Shown here piece after piece: positions 40,152 to 50,727 of a stretch of 64,000 bases of DNA. A model generated the notes under the pieces. It did no database searches. It was not told the origin of the DNA and worked only from the letters and a program-made list of their open reading frames with translations. The translations under genes were made by a program, and so were the position numbers. How positions within the stretch are numbered: position 1 is the first letter of the stretch; every line of letters starts with the position of its first letter. The DNA is from Phyllosticta citribraziliensis (lineage: Eukaryota): the NCBI RefSeq assembly GCF_038025025.1, contig NW_027117338.1:372001-436000 (forward strand). The letters are read 5' to 3'.

Positions 40152-41354
40152 ATGAAGTCGACTCTTTTCGCATGCCTCGCGACGGCGTCCCTCGTCTCGG
40201 CCCACGCGACATGGCAAGACCTCTGGATCAACTCCGAGGACCAGGCTGAAACTTGCGTGCGCTTGCCGGTCAGCAACAGTCCAGTCCAGGATGTTACGAG
40301 CAACGACATGAGATGCAACGCTGGAACCAGCGCTGTATCGGGTACTTGCTCGGTGGCGGGTACGTAGACTTTTGCTCTCGCGGATGTTCAGCGGCGCCCC
40401 TTCGAGCTTCGACAGGACCTCCGGACTGATGACTGTGAATCCGTACAGCCGGCGACACTCTCACTGTTGAAATGCACCAACAGGATGGCGACAGGTCTTG
40501 TACTACGGAGGCCATTGGTGGCAACCACTATGGTCCGGTTTTGGTAAGTGACTGTAGGGGAAAGGTTACCAATGCAATTTACTTACGAGATTTAGATTTA
40601 CATGTCAAAGGTCGATGATGCCACGACTGCCGATGGCTCTGGTGACTGGTTTAAGGTCGCGCAAGACACGTACAACGGCACAACAGAAGGATGGGGCACG
40701 GAGATTCTGAACGCCAACTGCGGAAAGAGAACATTTACTGGTAATGCACTAGCTCAGACAGACTTGCAGAGACGTTACTAATGACCCTTGCCCACAGTTC
40801 CATCCACCCTCGCAGCCGGTGACTACCTGGTCCGCTCCGAAGCCATTGCCCTTCACTCTGCAGGTTCGGAAGGCGGTAAGCAATACTCAAACCCCTGACC
40901 CCTTGTTTCCCCTGACTCTGTCTACCAACAACTCGGTTTGTCAATCGCTCTGACACAGCTGTTCCCAGGCGCGCAATTCTACATGTCTTGCTACCAGGTA
41001 AAGGTGACGGGTGGCGGCTCCGCTACCCCGACCGGTGTCAAGTTCCCAGGTGCCTACAAGGCCAGCGACCCCGGCGTTCTCATCAACATCTACTCCACGC
41101 CCTTGACATACACTGCTCCTGGTCCGGATGTCTGGAGCGGTGCTGCTGACGGCGCCACCTCTGCCGCAGCTGCAACCTCGACTGCAGCCAGCGCCGCTGC
41201 GACGACGGCTGCCGCTTCTTCCGCTTCTGCCACTCCGGTGGCTGCATCATCGACCGCCGCTCAAGCATCGACTGCCCAGGCGTCGGTCGCCCAGGCTAAC
41301 TCTACTCCCGGCTCCAAGGCTTGCCGTCGTCGCCGTCGCCGCGATTTCCAGTGA
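40152..41354 (+). CDS. AA9 lytic polysaccharide monooxygenase, ~303 aa, with Ala/Ser/Thr-rich C-terminal tail; exons 40152-40359, 40449-40543, 40596-40740, 40798-40875, 40969-41354
   Basis: Signal peptide followed by mature His1 (SA|HATWQ), second brace His in NHYGP, WFKV, and [24 protein letters not shown] (axial Tyr), then [11 protein letters not shown]. Four introns are phase-consistent (912 nt). Confidence 0.95.
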
Positions 41355-43083
41355 AGGGCATGGCATAGTGAATGATTGGCCTGGTTGCAGTAAACTTTGC
41401 CAGCATACGGTTATTTGACTTCTTGTGTTTCTAAACTTTGGCACCACTTGGTGGGCGAGCGGAGCAAAAGAAACCTCCTCTTGCACACTAGGATGGACTT
41501 TTTCAGATCAATTAAGTTCTTGTCGATGCAAATTTAGCATTCAATGAAGTGCAAATTCGTCCCGAAATTGAAAATACCAAAGTTGAACGACTTGGCGCTT
41601 GTCCGGGTTCTCTGCGTCACTATAAGAGCGTCGCAGGGATTTCCATTGACGATGGCCGTTGGTTTTTGCTGATGTTTTTTTAGGACATGGAGAGATCAAA
41701 GTTTGGACTAGCGGGCGGTCACTACCGGTCAATTACACGTGGGCTGTACTGAGCACATGCACACCCAGTCTTCCCGGCGACATGGATTCTTTTCCTAGAC
41801 AACTTTGCCCCTCAGGACGAGCGAAGACTGATCACGACATATCTCACCTCGTCAGATAGCGCTTCGCGGTGGGGTCCACAATTGATATCTCAGGAATGAT
41901 ATCTCCCAGCACCAAACAGCATCTTTCGTAGCGATTGTTGCGCTTAGGAAGCTGTCGTCCGCTATCACACGAGTTACCGTTCATCACTGTATGTAGAATA
42001 AGGGAGCATCATTTCTTTCGACACCCGCTGCGGGGCAGCTCTCTCGACTCCGATAACGGCGGACGTTCCAAGAATGCGCCGGCTGAGTAGAGACTGCAGT
42101 CAGCAAAGACATCAGCCATGAAATGCGTCGGATTGTCCCCACGAATATGCTTTTGGAGCCGAAGTTTGGATGTCGGGACTGCGCGGCCGAGGCGTGGTGT
42201 TTTACTGGCTCGATGACTCGCACCGGCAGCGAATGCGAGGATGTCGAGTCAAAGTGCACGTTTATCCGCTGGAATCCGCCAAAAAGCCCCAAGGCTTGCG
42301 GGTGTCCGGTGCCTGAAACGCTTGGGAACGCTTGCTAGCAGCGATCTTTGTCTGTGCTGGGTAGATACAACGTGCAAAGTCCCCACAGGTACGCCATTTG
42401 TGCAGTGGAGTCGCAACGGTATCTTTCGAGATGCAGAAGTGGGGCTGCCGTCTATAGCGCGAGAGGGCAGCACCGGACCACGCTTACATACCAGCTGGGC
42501 TGCGTTTTTAGGCGTTCGTCAAGAGTGCGGGAAGATGAGTTACAGCTCCACAATCCAGGGCTCTGACGATCTGATATTTGCACAACTCAATCGCCATCGC
42601 ACGATTGACACTAGAGCCTCAAATTCAACCAGCAGTACGGGGCGGGAGACAGTGGCGTCAAGGCTTATGGAAGATGGAGCTGAGCTGCAGTTGCAGCAGC
42701 CCTATCGCAGTATCAATGGGCAAGCATCGTGGTTGAAAGCTGATGGGGGAATTCAACACCGTGCCTATCAACTGTGTTGCGCCAGGTTTCCCCGCCAAAA
42801 ACGGAATAAGGGCTGCGCGGTCGATACGAAGAGGTACGTCGGCCGCTGACCTTCCATGTCGCGTTAGTAGGGGTGGTAGGTTTACGCCGCACTGTTCCAA
42901 CCCCCAGTACAACAGGCCCATGCCTGTTTGGCTCGTCCCGCACCGCCGCTGCCGGCTCTTACCACTAGAGACATTTGAGTTGCTATTAGTAGGATGCGTG
43001 TGCCTTTTCCAGATATACTCGCAGCGCGTCTCTCCGCATGTCCATTGCCTTTGGTGCGAATTTGACCAACCTCTCGCGCAAAG

Positions 43084-44905
43084 ATGAGTTCCGACTACTC
43101 CTCGGCAAATGCGACTACCTACAACGCCAAATATGATCCCTCTCGGCCGGTCACGATGTGGCGGCATCGCCTGGAATTGGGGGTGGTCTGTACATGCAAT
43201 GCTCTGAGCTGTATGGAGTCCTCAATCGTCAAAGATATCGGGCAAAGACGGCGTCTGACACTGCTCTAGTCATGATAATGGTAGCTCGATTATACACCCA
43301 GCGACGAAGATTTGGGAGATTCCGCAAGGCAGAATTGTGGACACTGGCTGCGACAGTAAGTCGACATGCTCTGTGTTTTGGCAATGACTGTTGAACAAGT
43401 ACAGATAATGCTGGTGTTCCCTTTCTGGACAAGTCAGATTATGACGAATCATTTTGGCGGCGGAAAACACATATGGAGCATTCCACCTGAGGATGCCGTA
43501 CCGTTTTGGAAGGTGAACCACCCTCTCCCCAGGTCAATATTGAGAACCGCAAATGCTGATTGGATCCAGTGGGAAGCTGGTTGGGCAGGATATTACATTG
43601 TCGTGTCGATGGTGAAGGTGTCGATGTGCTACGGGTTTCTTGAAATGCGTACGACGAAGCTTCGGGAACGACGTTGATGGAAATTTTGCTGACGACCCTT
43701 GAAAACAGTGCCGGAGCCGTTCAGAGGAATCCGAATGGCTATCCATATTCTTGCCGCAGTTGTAATAATGCTGGGCCTGGCCGAAAGCCTCGTCTGGCTT
43801 TTCCAATGTACTCCGTTCATGGCCAATTTCGACTACGACGTTCAACCGGTTCACTGCGCCAATATCGACAACGCAAGATACAGTAAGAAGAGACCGCCTC
43901 TTGTAGGAAAAAAGCTAAATCCTGCGTCATAGGTTGGGCCGGGCTGAGCATTGCGATCGATTTCGCTCTCATCTACATTCCAATTTCCATTTTGCGGCGG
44001 ACTCGTCTGAAAGACTACGAGAGGAGAATTCTCTACATGGTCTTCGGCGCATCTCTCGTGGGAACGGTGACGACGTAAGTTTGCAATTTCCCTGTCTGAC
44101 GCTGGATTGACAAGTGTGCAGGGCCGCGGGAGTCTACGGCATTTGGAAGAACCGCGTGATGGAAAAGAGAGACATGGCATGGTCCGAAGTGGTGTTTGTC
44201 ATGTTCAACGCGATTGAAATCCTCATGTACACCATTGGTGGGTCCATCGTCGTTCTTTCGCGGTACTTTATTGCACAGGCAGCGAAGCATGCCGGTACAG
44301 ACGAGGAAGACTTCACGCCTTCCGGTTCGTGGACCCTGTTCGATCAAATTTCTCCCCAATTGAGGAGTAAGAAGGATACCACCACATCAACGGTCACCGT
44401 CAAAGACGACCAGCAGTCGTTTGATAACTACAGCATTAATGCCACCACGGCTCTTTCTCCTCGACTGGACCTTTCACCTGATGGCTTCGATCCTCTGCGA
44501 CCATTGCCTCCACCGGACAACGATGACATGGCAACAATGCGCGATCCTAAAAGCAGTAGGTGGAATACATGGGAAAAACGTACCGTGTACCACCGCTCCC
44601 ACAGCCCGGCATCAAAGTACTTCAAGAACCTTGGCATCTTGCCCGACACAAACACTCCGCCCCACACACCTCGCATACCGCTTCCGTCATGGGCACTTGC
44701 CGAGCCCAGTGGCACGCCAATGCTACGACCGCCGCGACCTCGAAGCCAACGGACTCAATCCTCCGGTGCAATTAGTTTGGACAATATGGAAATGGGCGAC
44801 CTCGAAACGATAACACCCCCGAGTCCGTTGAAAGATCCTCCCGGACTTTTCAGGCCAGATTCTCGAGAGACAGGTAGCAGCCGCGGAGTCGGTCGCGCTC
44901 TCTGA
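43084..44905 (+). CDS. PTH11-like (fungal rhodopsin-domain) 7TM receptor without CFEM domain, ~499 aa; exons 43084-43210, 43270-43355, 43405-43512, 43570-43648, 43709-43882, 43933-44074, 44122-44905
   Basis: Family motifs ARLYT, FGGGKHIW, VKVSM, WLFQCTP..FD...C, IAIDFALIYIPI, and EI..YTIGGSI, then a long Pro/Ser-rich cytoplasmic tail. Seven exons sum to 1500 nt. Confidence 0.82.
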
Positions 44906-45963
44906 GGAATCATTCGGAAGCAAGATTTGGACGGTTCCGGACTATCCGCCAACGATACCGGAGGCTACCGGGGATAGGGGCGTTGTGATTGGTCGATCAC
45001 AGGTTCATGGCGAACAAAGTGCACATCAAGGCGAACGATGTGCACTTTTTTTCTTGAGAAAATCCAGAAGATTGGGAGGCTGTTGGTTGCGATCTAAGTG
45101 GGTGTCAGAAGAAAGGACACTCTCTTGGCGCAACTGTGGCCATGAACGGATGCTCCTTGGGTGCAGCCGCAGTGCCAGGAGGGATCGATTCATCGACTTC
45201 CCCTGAGAGTGTGGGCAACAGGCAAGGCTAAAGCTCAATCCTTCTGCACAAAAAGCTGCGCTTGGAGTCCACTGTGGATACGCTATCTTCATCGCGTGGA
45301 TTTCGGGTCGACTGTGGTCTTGCGCGCTCGAGTTCATGGGATGGAGCGTCTTCGGTAATAAGGTGTAATTTGGCGATTTGGGAGGCTTTTTGTTTGGTCG
45401 TGTTTCTTCTACGATATACCCCGTTGATGCTTTTTTTCATTGGCGGAAACTCGAAATACCTTTGGCTAAGCACTGAACATCCCTTGTTAGCGTAAGCGCG
45501 CTTCTCTCCGCATTCGAAAAGCAGCGTAATGCTCTGATCTAGCCTCTGCTTGAGTTGGCCACGTGAAACAGTTGGTACTTTCAAGCTGCCAGGTTTGATG
45601 TAAAAAATAGGTATGGCTGCATGATGCATGCGATTCAGGTCTGCGGATCGTGTAGGCCAAGCAGTGACGCAAGAGGCTCGAGAAGCTGCTGGTGTCGGTC
45701 TTGGGTAGAAGATGGGTCGTGACTCCAAATGTCGTCACTGGAGAGAAGTGAGGCTTCCTTCCATGGCGTTGAAAGCAGATGCTCGACCGGAGGCACTGTG
45801 GGAGCTTGGCTTGTCATGAGGATAGCCGTCAGGTGGCAGAAGGGGAGGGGTCGGGATGCGCCTGGAGAGGCCGGCCGGCGCTAAGCTAAGCGAAATTTCC
45901 TGCCTTCGCTCTCCGTTTCACCCACCCACTTCAACCCTACCTTGCCCGTCAACCAGGACTGCC

Positions 45964-47051
45964 ATGATCCGCCTCTTCCTTATCCGCCACGGGGAAACTG
46001 TCGATAACGTGGCCCAGGTCTAGTCGGTACCCGCCTGCGCAGTATTGCTCGCAGTCCCGCTAACCCTCATAGCGCAGGCAGGCGGGATTCTGACCTGACC
46101 AACCACGGATTCCATCAAGGCACTCGGCTTGGCCAGTGGTTCGCAAACCGCAATGTCAAATTCACCCACATCTTCTCTTCTACCTTGAAGCGGGCCCACA
46201 AGACTGCCCAGCTCATCGCAGACGCCCAGAAGCCTTCCGACCCATCCACCACTGAAGTGACAAAGGTCGAAGTAACGCCCTTGGGCCTGTTACAGGAACA
46301 AGATTACGGCTCTTACGAAGGCCAGCCTTTCTCCGTACGACGATTTTCGGACCGCCAAGATGTTCGCGAATCGCACCCAACACCTGGTTCAGAAAACTCA
46401 GGCTTCGTGGATGTCGAGTCGAAGGAATCCATGGCGCAGCGAGCGGACGAATTCATTGGCGACTACTTGGTCAGCTTGTGTGCATCTGCCGAAGTTGACC
46501 AAGAGATTGTGGTCGCCGTCGTTGCGCATGGCATCATTCTCTCTGTCTTGTGGAAACGGTTCCTGCAGCAGCTCGACAGGAACAGCGTGAGCCTAGCGCA
46601 GGATCTGCAAGGCCCGAAAGCACCTGTAAGCCTGGAGCACCACCTTGGCGCATTCTCTAATACAGGATTCCTGGAGCTGGACATGAGCAAGAACCCAAAG
46701 CCCACGCGATTGCTCGAGACTACTACAAAGCATACGGCGGTCGACCCGAACCAATTTGATGCCCTATTGCCGACGGAGGGGTCATTCCCTGCCGGAAAAG
46801 ATGACGAAGCGCCTGCTAAAGAGCCTCACAACTCAGATTGCTCGGAGAGCAAGAACGCGACCTCGCAAGAGATTGCGGGCGCTCCACCTTCGTATCCCAT
46901 GTTGCACGGTTGGACCACGGAAATCCGAGCAATCAATTGCAAAGACCATCTCAATGGCTTGAAGCGAACTGGCCGTGGAGTTGGCAGCGCTCGGCATGAT
47001 GAGACGCAAAAGACCATGGATTCTTTCTTCAAACGCCAGAAACGTGAATGA
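45964..47051 (+). CDS. Histidine phosphatase / phosphoglycerate mutase-like (TIGAR-like) protein, ~345 aa; exons 45964-46022, 46073-47051
   Basis: LFLIRHGETVDN (RHG), DSDLTNHG, FSSTLKRA, LQEQDYGSYEG and VVAHG. 50-nt intron with GCTAAC branch point. Confidence 0.9.
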
Positions 47052-48023
47052 CTGACCCCACCTGCTAATCATGCAGGCGTTTTAGGATTGGCCCGTCGCC
47101 ACGCCCTTACTCGTAAAGTAAGTCCCTGCATTTCCTTTCAAGCACTTTCCTCTCGATGATGATAAGCCAATAACTCACAGACCTGTTCTGAATTTCCATG
47201 TGGACTCATTATTGATCCAACTGCTGTCTGATACTTCTCCCCTCCACTGAAATCCAACCACAAACCTGGTCAAGAGCAAGGCTGACTAGCATTCAGGCTT
47301 CCCAAACTCTACGCCTGGTCTGGGACGACTGGACATGGCAGGTCAGTGTCGCACCACCATTCTCAGCCTCCAGACGACAGGCAAGTGGTGATGAAGATGG
47401 AGCGCGGCGCGTCGGCTACTGCTTGGCTTGTATCTATCCTGGGAATCAACTACGCCGCCACACATGCCGCCGAATCAAAAACGGACCGTGGCTGGCCAAA
47501 CGGTTCGGTACGGGACGGATGCGGTACCCCTGCATCCGCGACGCACGCCCAGTATCTTCCTATGCACTGACCACACAGCCCTGAAAATGACATCTTGGAG
47601 TAGTTTTAGCATAGTTTTGTTCCTAAATAAATACAGGTTCGCCGAACGTCATAATCCGAGCCCGCGATGTCTCTCAGCTGACCTTTTTTGCTATGCCAGA
47701 GGTTGGTGTTGTAAATAGACAGTCACTTGGCTGTTGCCGTCCCGTCCAGCCTCTTCATGACCTCGTTTGCCAGCCTCTCCCAACGCCACCATGTTTCCAC
47801 CGGTGGTCAAAAACATGACACGCACCGGCGCTGCCGCCCTCTACACTCCTCCCACTCCGTAAGTGCACCTGAGTTGCGTCGAGATCACCGCTCGCTCCTC
47901 TCACTCGTTTCCCTCGTTTAATCCCCGCATCTGGACCATTTGTTTCGGCTTGGTTATCCTACCAGACATCAACAGTAATAGGTAATCACCAGGGATGACC
48001 GGCGACGCATAATTCTCAATCCC

Positions 48024-49307
48024 GTGGTCTTAATTCGCGTTTCCTACAGTACGTGTTCAGCTACACTCACATCACTTGCAATCCAGAAAGTCGGAAAGTC
48101 GCGGCCAGGTCAAAAATGGTGGCTTACGGTTCATAGTTCGCTCTTGAACAGTGTACCGACGGCAGTAGTATCTCCACCAGAAAACAAACAAATACTTTCA
48201 GAATTTCCTCTCAGCACAACACCAGGCACAGAAGGCGAACGGACAAGGATTCTTGAACAAGTTCCAGGTAGACCAGAGACAAACAAAATGCATTTGGCGC
48301 CCTTTGACCATGTCACAGGTGAAAAGACGCAAGAACCAGCACCTGTTGCGAGTGCCGCAAGACTCCCTGTTTCGACAGCAATAGGGCCTCCTTCAGCTCC
48401 TGAGACGACTTCCGTGGATATGGCAACACCAGGAGCATTAAACGCGCTATCGGTTCTACTTTCTGCGCTCAGCTCGGTCACTGTCAGTTATCAAACGTAC
48501 TACACGGAAAGCCCTACGGCTGTCAGCGGATTGGCAACAGCGACGACGACGGTGACCGTGTCCGAATTCCCCACGTCTGTCGTCAACAGCCTCATTTCTA
48601 GCGCTTTGGGCTCGGCTCCTCCCTCTTCTCTACGTGCGTCGCCCTCCGTGTCCGTGGCCGTGAACACGGCGATCACCAGTCCAACGCTCACAGCCACGCA
48701 AACGCCGCTAGTCCCTGAATCTACGAGTCCGCTGGTAATCTCGCCGCCATCATCAAATTTTCTTCCAACGACCGTATTGCCTCCACCGGCAACATCTGCC
48801 CCTGGGACGACATCAGCCGTCGCGCCGCCATCGACGACGGCCCCGATTCTGCCCCCGACCACCTCCGAACTCACCACGCCGCCAACTTTCCTTCCCTCGT
48901 CGCCGAGTCTTCCCACCACTACGCCGCCAGTAATACCGACAACGACTACGCCTCCGCTTACTCCGCCTTCATCAACACCCTTGTCAACCTCATCCTCCAC
49001 ACCGTCCACATCTCCAACAATATTATACACCTCGTCCACATTTTCCACCGCAACCAGCGCCAGCAGCAGCATCAGCAGCAGCTCTCAAACAAGTCCGACG
49101 AGCTCGACGATGACGACGTTTTCCTCCTCGACAATTTCGTCATCGTCAGAGTCGTCATCAGAAGCGGCAACGTCCACAACGACCAAACGCCCGAGCGAAA
49201 CGCGCGCGCCGCCTGTCCCAGTCGCCGGCGCCGCTAGTCTGGTATTTCCTTCGCTGCTCCTGTGGTGCGGCGTAGCGGTCGCGGCGGCGGTAGCTGTCCG
49301 AGTGTGA
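48024..49307 (+). CDS. Ser/Thr/Pro-rich probable GPI-anchored cell-surface glycoprotein (5' end unresolved)
   Basis: Long open frame of S/T/P low complexity ending in a small-residue omega-like site and a hydrophobic tail (GAASLVFPSLLLWCGVAVAAAVAVRV). The start may be ATG 48420 or an upstream exon. Confidence 0.65.
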   Translation: MVLIRVSYSTCSATLTSLAIQKVGKSRPGQKWWLTVHSSLLNSVPTAVVSPPENKQILSEFPLSTTPGTEGERTRILEQVPGRPETNKMHLAPFDHVTGEKTQEPAPVASAARLPVSTAIGPPSAPETTSVDMATPGALNALSVLLSALSSVTVSYQTYYTESPTAVSGLATATTTVTVSEFPTSVVNSLISSALGSAPPSSLRASPSVSVAVNTAITSPTLTATQTPLVPESTSPLVISPPSSNFLPTTVLPPPATSAPGTTSAVAPPSTTAPILPPTTSELTTPPTFLPSSPSLPTTTPPVIPTTTTPPLTPPSSTPLSTSSSTPSTSPTILYTSSTFSTATSASSSISSSSQTSPTSSTMTTFSSSTISSSSESSSEAATSTTTKRPSETRAPPVPVAGAASLVFPSLLLWCGVAVAAAVAVRV

Positions 49308-49894
49308 CGATAGCGACGCCGTCGGAAAGAAGAAGAAATGAAGAGCGGGAGTTTCTGTTGGCAAAGCAGCGACGTTGGTTTCCGCTCTGGTGGCTTTGTG
49401 TGGATAGACAAGTTTGCGGATGGTTGGTTGCATCGTAAGACAAAACTGGACGAGGAAAAAGTGTTCGTAGTGCGCGGACGCACGTATGATTTGCGACGAG
49501 ACGAGACGAGGCGAGACGACGTTTAGACCTTTTTTGGCATTCCTTTTCTCGGCATAGAGATGGCGGGCACGCATGGGGTTGGTACTAATGAGCTGGATTT
49601 GTTTGGACAGTGGACGACGGCATCATGGATTCGGTGGCTTTCACGATGTTTTTGTGCGTCCTTTGAGAAGAGGCGGAGAGCGGCAGAAGCTGTGGTGCGC
49701 GCACACCACGCGACGAGATGCGAATGTCTTGGGGACGCGCTGGATCTCGTCGAGCGCCATCATCTCTCCACAGAGTCAAGAGTCAAGAGATGAAGTCAAG
49801 ACAGGGAGCATTATCCGTTGTCAAGAGAAGGACGAGAACAAGGAGCATCCGGCTGTTTACCCTCTTACCTGTCTCTTTGGAGGCACTGATCCTG

Positions 49895-49941
49895 CCTGGT
49901 CTGGTCCTGGTCCTGGTCCTGGTCCTGGTCCTGGTCCTGGT
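49895..49941. repeat. (CCTGGT)n hexanucleotide microsatellite
   Basis: About 8 near-perfect tandem copies read directly. Confidence 0.85.
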
Positions 49942-50727
49942 CGTGTGTGCCACGAGTCTTTGACCCCAGCATGACGTTCGCTGGTCGGTACCTTTCTTGG
50001 AAATACTTTTGCAAGACAGCTTTCTAATTGTGGTGGGATATAATTGTTCTGGAGACAACATGCCTACATTCGCTTCACATTTCCAATTTTTCATCGAACA
50101 TCTTGCCTGGGTATTTTGGATCACGTCGCTGAACTTTTGCTGCAGCTCGTTTCGAAATTTGCTTTGTGCGCTAGATTCTGTCAGTCGTCAAGCACCGACA
50201 ATCAAGGTGATGAGTCCTGAAACTCGCTGAATTACCTCTTCACGGATCGGTCCCTCTTGATGGTCCATTTGACTATCCGGCTGGTAAGCACGAGCACCTC
50301 TCGCTTTCTACTTGTCTTGCTCTTTGCAAAGCAGCTCTTCGTCTGTATCCTTGCCATACGCTTCTTATTTGTCTTGATGTGCACATTCACCATCTGAGAC
50401 ATCAATCAAGCTAGAGAAGTGGGTAAATCATGATGCTTCACTGCTCCTTGAAGGCATCTGCGCCGAACTTCTCAAAAGCCACCTCAATGCCTCGCTGCCT
50501 TGCACACCCAGCCGCGATCGCTGTTAAGCCACACCACTTCCCCACCCCCACCGCCCGGCAATAACAGGCAGGCAGCACGCGCAACCCCTTCCCACCAGGT
50601 TTCCCACACCCACATACAGCAAAAAATAAACGCCTTTCCTGAAGTTCCTCCTCCACACCACGTCTCTTCTTCCCCACCACCGCACCTTGTCCTGATCAAC
50701 AGCCCCTACCTGCTACTCGGCTTCAGC

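Noticed and set aside
42123..42338. 71-aa Cys-rich ORF between the LPMO and PTH11-like genes, a possible effector
   Set aside because: No signal peptide and no supportable upstream exon. It probably lies in the receptor promoter. RNA-seq would be needed to revive it.
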